Source of the DNA: Chloroflexota bacterium
GTDB taxonomy: Bacteria; Chloroflexota; Anaerolineae; DUEN01
Length of the DNA stretch: 64,000 nucleotides
NCBI GenBank assembly: GCA_013152435.1
Contig: JAADGJ010000061.1
Span: 5,034 to 69,033, forward strand
Direction of reading: 5' to 3'
This document shows positions 18,910 through 30,420 of this stretch, piece by piece. The notes beneath the pieces are model-generated. The model searched no databases, was not told the origin of the DNA, and saw nothing but the letters and a program-made list of their open reading frames with translations. The first letter of the stretch is position 1, and each line of letters starts with the position of its first letter. The position numbers and the translations under genes were made by a program.

Positions 18910-20041
18910 CGTCGAACCTCCTCCCATCGTATCGGGTGTAGCGCTCCACCGCCCACATGAAGCAGCGCAGGCGATCGAAGGTGGTGCCGGCCGCGATGCT
19001 CCCTGCCGTCGTGACCACCAGGCCGCCCTCGCGTCCCACGGCATCGAAGTCCCGCCGTACCTCCGCGATGATCGCCTCATATGGCGCGTTGCGCAGGGTC
19101 ATGGGGGCGACCTGCCCGTGGATGCAGGTGTGCGGCATGTGCCGACGGATGTCGATGGCCTTTACCGTGGGGCCGAAGTTCACCGCCGAGAAGTTGAACC
19201 GGGCCAGGATGGGCAGCAGGTGATCCATGGCGCTGTCGGAGTGCTGATATCGCCAGTCATCCGGATCCGGCGCCAGCTGATCGAAGACGTACTGCAGCAC
19301 CGGCGCGCAGAAGCGCTCGTAGAGGTCGGGGGAGAGCAGCGCGCAGTTATCGTCCAGGAAGCTGTAACCGCGCGGGGTAACCCCGAGGGCGTCGGCCATG
19401 ATGTGGGCGTATTCGACCAGCTTCTGGGCCAGCAGCTCGTGGAAGCGCTGCATTTCGGCCGGATGGTCGATGAGGAAGTACAGGTAGCGTTCCGTGCCGC
19501 ACACCGAGGTGCCGATGGTGGCCGGGCCGCGGCTGCTCATTGGGCGGGGCGGCTTCCCGGCCTCCGGTGGCAGCGCATTGGGGAAATCGGGCATACCGTC
19601 CTGGAAGATGAAGTCGGCCATGTCCATGCGTTCCACCTGATCCATGATCCGGACCAGGTCCTCGATGGTATGGACGGAGGGCTCCAGCCAGGGTGTGCCC
19701 CCCTCCGTTAGTTCCTGATAGGAGCCGAAGACCTCCTCGATGCGTTTGGGCGGAGGCCAGGCGATGGCTTCCGGGAATGGCCGGATGCCGATCTCCCGCT
19801 GACATCGATCGTTGCAACGGCGGTTCATCTCCAGCCGGTAGTCGATGTCCTTGTAGTACCGCACCGTCGAGGGAACCTTCATCTCGTCCAGGAGCCAGTG
19901 GTCATCCACCGGCAGGAGGATAGCAGCCCGGGGCTTGTCGGTTGAGAAGCAGTCCCCCGAGCTGGCCGCGTTCTCCTCCCAGAACCGTTCCAGGTCCAGT
20001 TCGAAGCGTCTCTCAGGCTGATTCCTCTCGGTTACACGCAT
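18899..20041 (-). CDS. uroporphyrinogen decarboxylase (URO-D)-family protein, likely a methyltransferase/decarboxylase-like enzyme
   Basis: C-terminal NFGPTVKAIDIRRHMP...CIHGQVAPMTL...GGLVVTTAGSIAAGT is typical of URO-D/MtaA-like TIM-barrel proteins. RBS GAGGT. Confidence 0.5.
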   Translation of the reverse strand: MRVTERNQPERRFELDLERFWEENAASSGDCFSTDKPRAAILLPVDDHWLLDEMKVPSTVRYYKDIDYRLEMNRRCNDRCQREIGIRPFPEAIAWPPPKRIEEVFGSYQELTEGGTPWLEPSVHTIEDLVRIMDQVERMDMADFIFQDGMPDFPNALPPEAGKPPRPMSSRGPATIGTSVCGTERYLYFLIDHPAEMQRFHELLAQKLVEYAHIMADALGVTPRGYSFLDDNCALLSPDLYERFCAPVLQYVFDQLAPDPDDWRYQHSDSAMDHLLPILARFNFSAVNFGPTVKAIDIRRHMPHTCIHGQVAPMTLRNAPYEAIIAEVRRDFDAVGREGGLVVTTAGSIAAGTTFDRLRCFMWAVERYTRYDGRRFDDAE

Positions 20042-20135
20042 GATCTCTTGGATACCTCACGGTAAGTGTAAAGCTTCGGGATACAAGGGATGGAGGATTC
20101 CGTCGAATAGTTGGCGATCGCGAACGGTCATGATG

Positions 20136-22115
20136 CTACCTCTGGCCGGGCCGGAGCCGGTGGAGGAGGCCGGAGATTGAGGTGCGCTCCACTCTGCGGC
20201 GTAAGGCAGGCACAACAGGATTTTGAGGATCCGCCTCCTCCAGCATCTGCACCCAGGCCTCCGCACCTTCTCGCTGGTTTTCTGCCAAGAGGATCTCTAT
20301 TTGCGCGTGGCATAGTGCTACGAACTCGCTGATGTGAAGTTGTTCTCTCTTCATTACCGGATCGATCAAGCTCTGTGCCTCTTCCACTTTCCCCTCGCGC
20401 GCCAGAGAGACCGCGAGGTTGCAGCGCCCAATGGCATAATCGGGGTTGCGCTCGACGATCTGTCGAGTCAAAGCGTGTGCCTTTTCCACCTCGCCGCGGG
20501 ACATGTAGACCACCGCCAGGTTTTGCAGGAAAGATGGATGATCCGGCATCAGCTTCAGGCCCTTTTGAAGCGCTTCCTCGGCTTCATCCAGGCGGTTTTC
20601 TCGGAGGGCCACCGCGGCCTTCTCCATCAATTTCTCGGCCTTGAGTGGTAACCGCGAAGATGGCTCAAAGGTGATCTCCCAGCCGAACAAGAGAATCTCC
20701 CGCTGTTCACCTCTTTGCCAGATTTGTATAGTTTGATCGCGTGGCAGGAGGCCTTGGTTGGCACAGTGCTGAGCCGCTCGGAGGCGCTGCTCGTCCGTCC
20801 CCCAGCGTCCCAGAGCGAAATCACGCAGGGCAATCTGCAGGTCCGGGTGCTCAGTGACCGCAGTAATATGATAGATCAGCTCTCGTGTCTCTGCGTCGCC
20901 GCGCTCCAGAAGGATCGGTGCCAAAGAGATGAACTGAGGATATCGCTTCAGGAAACGGGTGAATGCCTGACGGAGGTGTCGTTCGGTGGCCCGTGAGGAA
21001 GAAGGAACCGCTGCAAGGTCTTTCAACCAAGTCTGGGGAAGCCACTCCAGCATCGTGAAAGGCCACGCTCCTTGTCGCTCCCCTGGCGGAAGACGTAAAT
21101 CCTCTAGGTTTTCCTGTGCCTTGTCCAGCCCGGGGAAGAGCTTGAGTGCTTGGCCCCACCAGTTTCGAGCCTGCTTCTCATGACCCAGACGGGCCGCCGC
21201 CACTGCCGCGTAGTGATACGCAAGGCCCATAATCGGGAGGTCTGGGATCCCGTCAGACTCCTTCGCCTGGCGGAACGCATCAAGAATGGCCTGGTCCATT
21301 CGGGCCCAAGAAAGGCCTTCTAGTTTCTTGATCAGTACATTGCCAGTGGCGTGGATGCTTTTCAAGCGGTCCCCGATCTCTTGGGCTTCCTTTTGGCGTC
21401 CGACCAGCACCAACGCTCGAAGAAGATTGCTGAGCGCGTTCACATCGTCCGGATCTCGCTCACAAACGTCTTGCTCGATTTCGATAGCTTCATCAATGCG
21501 TCCCTGGAAGATGTAACCCAGAGCTAGATTGTTCAGAGGAGCGACGAAGTGAGGAACAGATGCTTGTATCCTCCGCACGAGGCGCTCAAGCTCTGTGATT
21601 TTTTGTTGTTGCAGGGCGATCTGGGCTTGCTCATGCAACGTCAGGATTTCAAGAGCGCTCTCGGATGGGATCCCAAGCCTCTCCACCTCCTCCGCGAGGA
21701 GAGATTTCGTCAGATCGACCGCCTCTTGTACCCTGGGAGCAAGGGGATGGTGCGGCCATCTCCGGATAAACTCTTGCCCCTCCTGGAACGCCAACGCGAG
21801 GAACCCGTTATTCCCGTAAGCTAATGCCAGATTGTATCGGTGCTCAGGCACCGTGGGCTCCAGGTCTACCAGACGCAGAGCAATGGGAATTGCTTCTTGA
21901 TGGTGCCCGCTTTCTATGAGAGAGGCTAGTTGCAGGCTCAAGACACCCGGATCATTCGGATATCGTCTCGCAAGCTTTGCCGACGCCTCAGATGCCCGCT
22001 TGAAGTCCCCTTCCAGGATCCACGCCTCGATGCGCTCGATCTCCCGCGCCGGTGCTTCTCTCCGGCGTGGCGAGGCCCGCTTTCCAGGTTTTCTCTTCTT
22101 CCTTCGCTTTGCCAT
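20136..22115 (-). CDS. TPR-repeat protein with a strongly basic N-terminus
   Basis: N-terminus MAKRRKKRKPGKRASPRRRE followed by ~12 TPR-like helical repeats. RBS AGGAGG. Confidence 0.6.
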   Translation of the reverse strand: MAKRRKKRKPGKRASPRRREAPAREIERIEAWILEGDFKRASEASAKLARRYPNDPGVLSLQLASLIESGHHQEAIPIALRLVDLEPTVPEHRYNLALAYGNNGFLALAFQEGQEFIRRWPHHPLAPRVQEAVDLTKSLLAEEVERLGIPSESALEILTLHEQAQIALQQQKITELERLVRRIQASVPHFVAPLNNLALGYIFQGRIDEAIEIEQDVCERDPDDVNALSNLLRALVLVGRQKEAQEIGDRLKSIHATGNVLIKKLEGLSWARMDQAILDAFRQAKESDGIPDLPIMGLAYHYAAVAAARLGHEKQARNWWGQALKLFPGLDKAQENLEDLRLPPGERQGAWPFTMLEWLPQTWLKDLAAVPSSSRATERHLRQAFTRFLKRYPQFISLAPILLERGDAETRELIYHITAVTEHPDLQIALRDFALGRWGTDEQRLRAAQHCANQGLLPRDQTIQIWQRGEQREILLFGWEITFEPSSRLPLKAEKLMEKAAVALRENRLDEAEEALQKGLKLMPDHPSFLQNLAVVYMSRGEVEKAHALTRQIVERNPDYAIGRCNLAVSLAREGKVEEAQSLIDPVMKREQLHISEFVALCHAQIEILLAENQREGAEAWVQMLEEADPQNPVVPALRRRVERTSISGLLHRLRPGQR

Positions 22116-22176
22116 AATGTTGAGTTGCTCCTCCTTCCGCCGCTGTGAACAGGTAGCGCTGGAATTGTCTGCCGCC

Positions 22177-22961
<785 letters not shown>

Positions 22962-22965
<4 letters not shown>

Positions 22966-24722
22966 GGTAGCAACGCCTCCAGGAAAGCGATCTCCGCCGC
23001 CCGCGTCCAGGTGCGGCCGCCGTCCTCCAGGTGTCTGGCGACCTCCGGCAGCTTTTCACCCAGCTCGCTCAATGGCGTCAACGGGAAATCCAGGATCTGC
23101 GGATACACCACGATCTTCCCTGGGAACCGGCCCTCAGCCACGGCCCGTAGCCCTTCCTTTACGGCGCGCAGCCCCGCCACCGCGGCCACGGAGCCGTTAG
23201 GGCTGAGCTGGCCGTTGGCCGCCTTCTCCATGACCCGGCGCATGTCGGCGATGGTGGACCCGCTGGACCCGATGTAGCGCACGCCGCGCTGGATGATGGC
23301 GTTGACGTCCAGGTGGGCCAGCGTGCCCCGCGGCAGCCCCGCGAACAGGTTCACGACGGCCCCATCCGCCGCGAGCGCCGTCAGGGCTGTCAATCCCTCC
23401 GCCGACGCGGCGCAGATGATCACATCATCAAAGCCGTGCCCTTCCGTGAGGGCGTCCATCTCCTCGGCGAAGGCTTCCGGCGTGAAGTTCCCCTGAGAGC
23501 GGGTGAACAGCTTCACGCCCTGACGCTGCGCCAGGTTCTTGAATTTGGCGGCCAGCTCCTGGATCCGAGGCGAGCGCAGATTGGTGGCGACGACGATGGA
23601 TGGCCGCTCGGGAAGCTGGATCGCCCGCTGGACGTGCATGTGCCCCATGGGGCCCGCGGCTCCCACGAAGAGCGCACAGCCGCCCGGCTTCAGCTCGGAG
23701 CGGATGGGCTGGTATGAGGCGGCGATGTCCGGCCCCGGCGATCCCACGAAGGTCGTGTGATCGTAGTGCAGGCGGCCCACATCCAAGGCCACCGGCCGCT
23801 CGATGGGCGCTGGGGAGACGATGTTCAGGATGCCGCCGTGGGCCAGATGGCGACTGGCCGCCTCGATGACCTCCGGCGCGATGGGCCCCAGGATGACGAT
23901 ATCGTCGAACCCGGCGTCCCCGGTGTGCTCTCGGGCTCGCTCGTACTCCTCCGGTGACAGCCCGTCCAGCGTGACCACTTCGATGCCCAGGGCCTCCGCC
24001 CGGGCCGTCAGCTCGTCGCGCAGGGCGGCCGGCACGTCGCTCAGCACGATCCGGGCGGGGTGCGCATCCGCGTCCAGGCCGCGGCTGATCGTATAAGTCG
24101 GCCCGTCTACCCCACCGCCCAGGAACCAGGCGATGCCATCCGGCTTCAGCCCCGTGCGGTATTCGATCACATACGCGGCCTCCACACAAGCCCACGGCTC
24201 CGTCAAGGCGGCCTCGCTATAGCCGAGCGATTCCGGCATCGGCAGCAGGTAGCAGCCCTCATCCCCGTGCAGGATCTCCTCGCCCACCAGCGCGTATTGC
24301 GAATAGCCCCCCTGGAGGCGGTACCCATAAGCCATCCCCCGGCCCTTGTAGTAGATGTCCGCCTGCACGGCGAAGCGATCACCGATATGGTATTGATCGC
24401 GCAGGTGCTCGCCCACGCCGACCACGGTCAGCGCGACCTCATGGCCCATCACGACCGGCTGTTTCTCCAGGTCACGGCCGACGAGGCGAGGGTGGCTGCC
24501 CCCCTGGCGGATGATCTTGATGTCGGAGAAGCAGATGCCCACCGCGTCGTGGCGGACCAGCAATTGGTCTGGCCCGGGTTGAGGGACCGGGGCCTGGATC
24601 GGCTGCCCGTCCCGCCCCAGCCGTTCGAAGCCCGCGCCGTAGAGGGGCCACAGCCACTGCCGCCCGGGGATCGGCCCCTGTCCCGAGCGGTAGTGCTCCC
24701 ATTTGCCTTGCTTTGCCATCAT
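22962..24722 (-). CDS. two-domain medium-chain (Zn-dependent alcohol dehydrogenase-like) dehydrogenase, 586 aa
   Basis: N-terminal GroES-like plus Rossmann MDR core (GICFSDIKI..., GHEVALTVVGVG). A second nucleotide-binding-like region (FVGAAGPMGHMH) is fused at the C-terminus. Confidence 0.6.
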
Positions 24723-24765
24723 TCCCTCATCCTTCGTCTTCCGTCTCTCGCCCTTCGGCTGTCGT

Positions 24766-25776
24766 CTATTCCTCGAATGTCCAGGTCAGCCCGCCCTCCG
24801 GCACGAATTGACGCAAGTACTGGGCCGATTCCTTCAGCTCACGCAGCAGCCGCTCCTCCGTCACCGTGGAGCCGGGGATGATCTCCGCGATCAGGAAGTG
24901 CTGTTCCACCGGCTGCATGATCCCGCTCAGCCGGTTCTCCGACCAGTGGCGATGTCCCCACTCCATGGCCTCCAGCACCTTCTGGATCTCGATGTGGCCC
25001 CGCTCGTTGTACTCCTCGGTGAACGGCCAGTGATGGCTGCCGTCCGGCGTCGTCTGTTGCAGGTGGATGACCTCGCTCACCGGCGCCAGAGCTCGAAGCC
25101 AGGCGGTGTAATCCAGATCATCTCCAGTGGCGCCGTAGTGCATACCCGCCTGGTGCCCCACGTCGATGGTCAGGTAGAGGGGGACGCGCGGGGTCGAAAG
25201 GGGGGCTCCGTTCACCGCCTCCAGGTATTGGAACGCCTGCTCGATGGTCCACGGCACCTCGCTAGGGATATACATCTGCTCGTTGTAGAGCGCTGTCAGG
25301 CCCTTTTGCGCGGCGATCTCGCACAGCCCCTGGAACGTGTCGTATAGCCGTTCCAGCGCCTCCTGGGTGCGGGCGGAATCGGAGAGGACCTCGACGGATA
25401 GGGCGTCCCAATGGCCGCCCAGCCGGGTGGCTCCCAGCGCCAGCGTGATGTCCATGGCCTGCACGATCCACTCCCGCATGCGGGCGCGCACGGAGGGATC
25501 GCTGTGGGAGAGGCCGTGGAAGCGGTGGGTGGCCACGCCCGTGTAATAGTCGCAGATCGTGACGCCGTAGCGTTCGGCTGCTCGTCGCGCGGCCTCTGCG
25601 GCTCGTAACTGGTACGCGCGATCGCCGCTGAAGAAGGGATCGATCACGTCGCCGCAGAACTCCAGGTATGGATATCCGAGTTCCGCCGTCAGGCGCAGCC
25701 AGTTCTCCGGCTCCTCCCACCGCCGGGTGAGGAAGGCGCCGTTGATGCCGATGTCAAGTTTGACCGTGCGTGTCAT
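24766..25776 (-). CDS. sugar phosphate isomerase/epimerase (xylose-isomerase-like TIM barrel)
   Basis: Start reassigned to the ATG at 25776 (MTRTVKLDIGINGAF..., RBS AGGAGGG). TIM-barrel family features. Confidence 0.6.
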   Translation of the reverse strand: MTRTVKLDIGINGAFLTRRWEEPENWLRLTAELGYPYLEFCGDVIDPFFSGDRAYQLRAAEAARRAAERYGVTICDYYTGVATHRFHGLSHSDPSVRARMREWIVQAMDITLALGATRLGGHWDALSVEVLSDSARTQEALERLYDTFQGLCEIAAQKGLTALYNEQMYIPSEVPWTIEQAFQYLEAVNGAPLSTPRVPLYLTIDVGHQAGMHYGATGDDLDYTAWLRALAPVSEVIHLQQTTPDGSHHWPFTEEYNERGHIEIQKVLEAMEWGHRHWSENRLSGIMQPVEQHFLIAEIIPGSTVTEERLLRELKESAQYLRQFVPEGGLTWTFEE

Positions 25777-25798
25777 GAGAGCCTGTTCCCTCCTGTGG

Positions 25799-26578
25799 TC
25801 ACTGCAGGCCCAGCACTCGGCGGCGCAGCGCCTCGTCCGGGCGGGTGTGGATGCGTGCGGCCTGCTCCTCGGTGAGGAAGTGAGGGCCGCCCAGGGCATA
25901 CGTGCCCGCTAACACGCGGGCCGTCTTGACCGCCATCGCCGTGACGTTCAGCACCTCCTGGGGGCTCTTTCCCAACGCGATGAGCCCGTGGTTTTGCATC
26001 AGGATGACCTTCGGAGGCTCCCCCCATCGATCCAGATAGGCTCGGATCTCGTCCCGAACGCGGCGCGCCAGCGGCACGCCGGGATCGACGTAGGGCACGA
26101 AGACCGGCGCGGGGCCGCATACCACGATCTCGTCGGGAAAGAGCCGCCCCGCGTACGCGGCCACCGCCGCCTGGGAGCACAGGATCGCGTTCACAGCGGT
26201 GGGGTGGGTGTGTCCCACCCACGATGCGCCTCCCTCGGTCAGCGCCAGCGCGTGCAGGACCGTCTCCACTGAGGGATGGCGAGGTGCCTTCGGATCGACC
26301 TTGGCGGCGGTCAGCCCGGCTTTCACGGCGGCATCGGAGATGTCCTCGGCCTCCAGCAGCGCCAGCGCCCGCTCGAAGGAGACCTCCACCACGCCCGTCT
26401 CGTCCAGCGTTCGTAGCTCCGCGCCGCTGGCCTTCACGAAGAACGTCTCCCCGTCGATCCGGGCAGATGTGTTCCCCTCGCCCAGGATGGCGTAGTCCAT
26501 CTCGGGCCGGCCCAATTCCCTGGACATCCAGATCAACTGGGAGAGGATCTCTTGTTTATGTTGTTCGTTCTCGCTCAT
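25799..26578 (-). CDS. class II aldolase/adducin-family protein (rhamnulose-1-phosphate / fuculose-phosphate aldolase-like)
   Basis: Start reassigned to the ATG at 26578 (MSENEQHKQEIL...). Motifs GEGNTSARIDG and HTHPTAVNAI are typical of class II aldolases. Confidence 0.65.
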   Translation of the reverse strand: MSENEQHKQEILSQLIWMSRELGRPEMDYAILGEGNTSARIDGETFFVKASGAELRTLDETGVVEVSFERALALLEAEDISDAAVKAGLTAAKVDPKAPRHPSVETVLHALALTEGGASWVGHTHPTAVNAILCSQAAVAAYAGRLFPDEIVVCGPAPVFVPYVDPGVPLARRVRDEIRAYLDRWGEPPKVILMQNHGLIALGKSPQEVLNVTAMAVKTARVLAGTYALGGPHFLTEEQAARIHTRPDEALRRRVLGLQ

Positions 26579-26588
26579 ATCGAATGCC

Positions 26589-27839
26589 TCACGCGCCGGG
26601 GTAGCCGCCGGAGGAGCCTTCGCCCGTGCCGCGCTCGCGAGCGATCTTCTCCTCGTAGCCGGAGGCGCGATGGGCGGCGATGGGATCCGGCTCCAGCCCC
26701 ATCTCCACGCGCACCTGGGCCAGCAGCGGGCGCACGTCGGTCTCGTAGGCCTGAGCCAGGATCTCATGCGCGCCCAGGACGTCGCCCTCCATCTGGGCCT
26801 GGGCCAGCGCCTCCCGATCGACCAGCAGCGCCTTGGCATAGGCCGTCTGCACGTTCATCACGGACAGGATCATGGCCTCGATCTTGGATTCGATGTTGTG
26901 CGACTGGTCGATCATGTAGGCCACATTGCGGGCGCACTCGGACACGGTGGGATCGGGGTCCTGCTCGGCCGCGATCAGCTCGTTGAAGATGAGGAACAGC
27001 TCGAAGGGGTTGACGGTGCCGACGATCAGGTCGTCGTCGGCGTACTTGCGGGCGTTGAAGTGGAACCCGCCCAGCCGGCCCTCGTCCAGCAGCAACGCCA
27101 CGATGTGTTCGACGTTGGTCCCCTGGGGGTGATGGCCGGTGTCGACCAGGACCTGCGCCTGGGGGCCGAGCTTCAGGGCCATCATGTAGGAGGTGCCCCA
27201 GTCGGGCAGGTCGGTGTGGTAGAAGGCGGGCTCGAAGAACTTGTACTCGATCAGCATGCGCATATCGGGCGGCATCGCCGCGTACACCTCCGCCAGGGCC
27301 TCCTCCATGCGGTCCTTCCGGGCCCGGAAGGAGTCCTGTCCGGCGTAGTTGGTGCCGTCGGCGAACCAGAGGCTGATGATCTCGGACCCCACGGCCTTGG
27401 CGATCTCGACGCATTCCAGCATGTGGGCGACGGCCTGCTTGCGCACGTCGGGATCCGGGTTGCAGATGGAGCCGAGTTTGTAGATGTCGTCCTGGAAGAC
27501 GTTGGGGTTCACTGCTCCGATCTTGACCCCCAGGGAGTCGGCATAGGAGATGACCTGGCCCCAGTCGTCCACCTTATCCCAGGGGATGTGGACGGCCACG
27601 GTGGGGCAGATGCCCGTCAGCCGATGGACGTGGGCGGCGTCCTCCAGCTTCTCCCACAGGTTGCGGGCCGCGCCTGGCCACGGGAACACCTTGAAGCGTG
27701 TGCCGGAGTTGCCATATCCCCACGAGGGGGTCTCCACACGCTGCGCCTTCAGGGCCGCCTTCACGGCCTCTACGTCAACGCCGCGATCTGCCAGTTGTTC
27801 GGCCAGGAGAGGATAGGCCTTCAGGTAGTCTGTGGACAT
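26589..27839 (-). CDS. rhaA: L-rhamnose isomerase (actinobacterial/Bacillus-type, TIM barrel)
   Basis: [14 protein letters not shown] motif and xylose-isomerase-like TIM-barrel architecture. First gene of the minus-strand sugar operon. RBS GGAGG. Confidence 0.55.
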   Translation of the reverse strand: MSTDYLKAYPLLAEQLADRGVDVEAVKAALKAQRVETPSWGYGNSGTRFKVFPWPGAARNLWEKLEDAAHVHRLTGICPTVAVHIPWDKVDDWGQVISYADSLGVKIGAVNPNVFQDDIYKLGSICNPDPDVRKQAVAHMLECVEIAKAVGSEIISLWFADGTNYAGQDSFRARKDRMEEALAEVYAAMPPDMRMLIEYKFFEPAFYHTDLPDWGTSYMMALKLGPQAQVLVDTGHHPQGTNVEHIVALLLDEGRLGGFHFNARKYADDDLIVGTVNPFELFLIFNELIAAEQDPDPTVSECARNVAYMIDQSHNIESKIEAMILSVMNVQTAYAKALLVDREALAQAQMEGDVLGAHEILAQAYETDVRPLLAQVRVEMGLEPDPIAAHRASGYEEKIARERGTGEGSSGGYPGA

Positions 27840-28265
27840 GGGAATCCTCCATCTGGGCTGGATGGGCTGACTTGCCTCGGAAGTGTCGGCTGCGCGTCAC
27901 TGGGGGGCGTGATCGATGGCGACCTTGAGCAGGCCGGACCTGCGGTCTCCCGACCTGGAAGCCGTGGGCGAGGGCTTGTAGCGGCGATGGCGGTGTTGTC
28001 CCAAAGCGCGTGCCAGGTTTCCGATGGCATGAGCACGTCTCGATCGAGTGGATAGGGGCCAAGGAACTCAGGTGATGGGTCGACGGGAAGCGATCACTAC
28101 CCCTCCCCCCGGTCGCGCCCATTATAGCGGGGCCGCTATGGCGAGTCAAGCGATGATTCACCTCGGCCATGTGGTCATCCTAGCCTTTTGACTCCTCTCA
28201 GCGGATGGTCGAGAGCCACTGGTGACTCCCGGCGGCCACAATACGGTGATCTCTGCAGGAGGGAC

Positions 28266-29954
28266 ATGATGCGCATTGGTTTCCCGGTGAAGGTATTGGG
28301 GCAGGCCGGGCTGAAGTCCCACGATACCCGACGATGGCAGAACGCGCCCCATCTCAGCGTCAGCCTGGCGTACCTGCGGGATATCCTGAAGTATCTGGAG
28401 CGATCGGGCTTGCGCATGTACCGCATGGCCGCCGATCTGGCGCCCTATCTGGCCCATCCGGACCTGCCTGAGTTCGCCCATCAGATCGATGCGTGTGTGG
28501 AGGAATTGGCCTTCGTGGGGGAGATGGCCTCCGCGTTGGGAGTGCGGCTGTCCTTTCACCCGGGCGCCCACGTGGTGCTGAACGCCTCCGACGAAGCCGT
28601 GGCCCGGCGCTCCCTTCGCCATGTGACCGGCCTGGCCCGCATCCTGGATGCCATGGGGCAGGGCCCCGAGGCGGTCATCGTCGTGCATGTGGGGGGACGC
28701 TACGAAGATCGGGAGGCCGCCATAGCGCGCTGGGTGAGCCGATACCTCCGTCTGCCCTCGTTCGTGCGCGATCGCCTGGCGCTGGAGAACGACGACGCGC
28801 TCTTTTCGTTGTTGGACGTGTACCGCATCCATCAGCGCTGCGGCGTGCGCGTGGTGTTCGACTCCCTGCACCATCTGGTGCACAACCCGGATCGCATCCC
28901 TTTGGATGAGGCCCTGGAGATGGCATTGAGTACATGGCCGGATCATGTGCGGCCCAAAGTGCACTTCTCCTCGCCTCGGACGGAGGTGCGCCAGATCCGG
29001 ACCAAGGCAGGGGTTCGGCTGCAGCCGCCGTCCTGGACGCAGCATGCCGATTATGTGAACCCCTTTGAGTTCATCCACTTCCTGCAAGTGGCGGAGGGGA
29101 AGCGATCCTTCGATGTGATGCTGGAGGCCCGGGCGCGTGACCTGGCGGCGCTGCGCCTGCAGGCGGATCTGGCCCGTTACGCCCCGGAGTTGGCGGCTTC
29201 GCTCATGCCCTCCGCCGCCCGCGCAGCGGAGCCCGCCGAGCCGTATGCGCCGTGGCCGGAGGGGCAGGATGATGATCCCCGCGTGCTGGTGGCGGTGATG
29301 AACAACCTGCGTGATTTCGCCCTGGCCCGAGACGCGGGCTGGTATCGGATCCCGCTGGCGCGAGCCCCTCGTCTGGTGGCGGCGGACTACCTGGCGTTCT
29401 ATCAGACGCGGGTCTTCGGGGAGGAGGCCTGGGCGGTTCATTATTATGCGCCGACCCGGAGCTATCGCATTGTGACCCGCGCGGAGCTTCTGCCGGAGGA
29501 GATCGATCATCCGCGGGCGAAGGACCGTTATTACAAGCTGGAGATCGGCCCCCTGCAGCGTTTGCCGCATCCGATCCCCAGTCGGCGTCTTCGGCGGATC
29601 ACCTTTATCCCGACCACGCTATCACGCCTGTTGCACGCGGAGGAGATCAACGATCTGTGGATGGGCAATCCGATTCAGGAGCGACTGTGGGCGGAGCTGA
29701 AAGCGCAGGGGATCCTGGCCGAACGAGAGTATCCGTTAGAGGAGGGGAGGGCGTCCTATCGGGCGCCGCTCGCCGTGCCGTGTCGCACGGGGGGCGTGGT
29801 TGTAACGGCACGGGATATCCTGGGGGAGCCGTTGCCCGCGGGCTGGACCTGCCTGCGCGTCTCGTTGGATGACGATCTGGACAGGTGGCTCCGGAGCCTT
29901 CGGCGGGAGATCTCGGAGCGGGGAGGTGTGAGGGAAGCTGCGGATGACGGGTGA
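28266..29954 (+). CDS. uvsE: UV DNA damage endonuclease (UvsE/UVDE) fused to a ~250-aa C-terminal domain of unknown function
   Basis: The N-terminal ~310 aa match UVDE (MRIGFPVKVLG..SHDTRRWQNAPHLSVSLAYLRDILKYL, HPG, HVGG, ENDD). Start at ATGATG 28266 with an AGGAGGG RBS. The C-terminal region (WYRIPL...YLAFYQT...YRIVTRAELLPEE...YYKLEIGPL) is not recognised. Confidence 0.7.
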   Translation: MMRIGFPVKVLGQAGLKSHDTRRWQNAPHLSVSLAYLRDILKYLERSGLRMYRMAADLAPYLAHPDLPEFAHQIDACVEELAFVGEMASALGVRLSFHPGAHVVLNASDEAVARRSLRHVTGLARILDAMGQGPEAVIVVHVGGRYEDREAAIARWVSRYLRLPSFVRDRLALENDDALFSLLDVYRIHQRCGVRVVFDSLHHLVHNPDRIPLDEALEMALSTWPDHVRPKVHFSSPRTEVRQIRTKAGVRLQPPSWTQHADYVNPFEFIHFLQVAEGKRSFDVMLEARARDLAALRLQADLARYAPELAASLMPSAARAAEPAEPYAPWPEGQDDDPRVLVAVMNNLRDFALARDAGWYRIPLARAPRLVAADYLAFYQTRVFGEEAWAVHYYAPTRSYRIVTRAELLPEEIDHPRAKDRYYKLEIGPLQRLPHPIPSRRLRRITFIPTTLSRLLHAEEINDLWMGNPIQERLWAELKAQGILAEREYPLEEGRASYRAPLAVPCRTGGVVVTARDILGEPLPAGWTCLRVSLDDDLDRWLRSLRREISERGGVREAADDG

Positions 29955-29961
29955 TCGGGAC

Positions 29962-30420
29962 TCACGAGCCTGGTGAGGTCGAGTCCCGAGCCGGACGCGG
30001 CCGATGGCTCCTTCCTCGCCAGAACGCGATCAGCAGCGCGATGGAGACGCCGAGGATCGCCCAGATCCAGCGCGGCCATCGGGGCTGGGCCGTGATGACG
30101 ATGGGACCGTGGCGCGTGGTCACCCCCGTGGCCTCCACGTCCTCGAGCTCGTAGTAATACGTGCGCCCCGCGATCACGTTGGTGTCCGTGTAAACGTAGT
30201 GCCCGCCAGCGAGGGGATCCGAGGAGGCCGGGATCAGATCCTGATTGATCTTCTCGAAGGGGCCGTCTGGCGATTCCGCGCGGTACAAATTAAACCCTAC
30301 GGTGTCCACCTCGGTTTCAGTGGTCCACTCCACGATCACGGGGGCTCCCTGACTGGTGCAGCTGGATAGGATGACGCCGACCAGCGCCAGGCCAAGGAGT
30401 GTCCACCGCATTCCTCTCAT
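29962..30420 (-). CDS. small membrane-anchored lipoprotein, hypothetical
   Basis: Start at the ATG at 30420 (MRGMRWTLLGLALVGVILSSC lipobox). A beta-rich ectodomain and a C-terminal TM helix followed by a basic tail. Confidence 0.45.
   Translation of the reverse strand: MRGMRWTLLGLALVGVILSSCTSQGAPVIVEWTTETEVDTVGFNLYRAESPDGPFEKINQDLIPASSDPLAGGHYVYTDTNVIAGRTYYYELEDVEATGVTTRHGPIVITAQPRWPRWIWAILGVSIALLIAFWRGRSHRPRPARDSTSPGS

Noticed and set aside
26670-28055. 461-aa plus-strand ORF opposite the rhamnose isomerase gene
   Set aside because: Antisense artefact. The minus-strand gene has a conserved isomerase sequence and an RBS.
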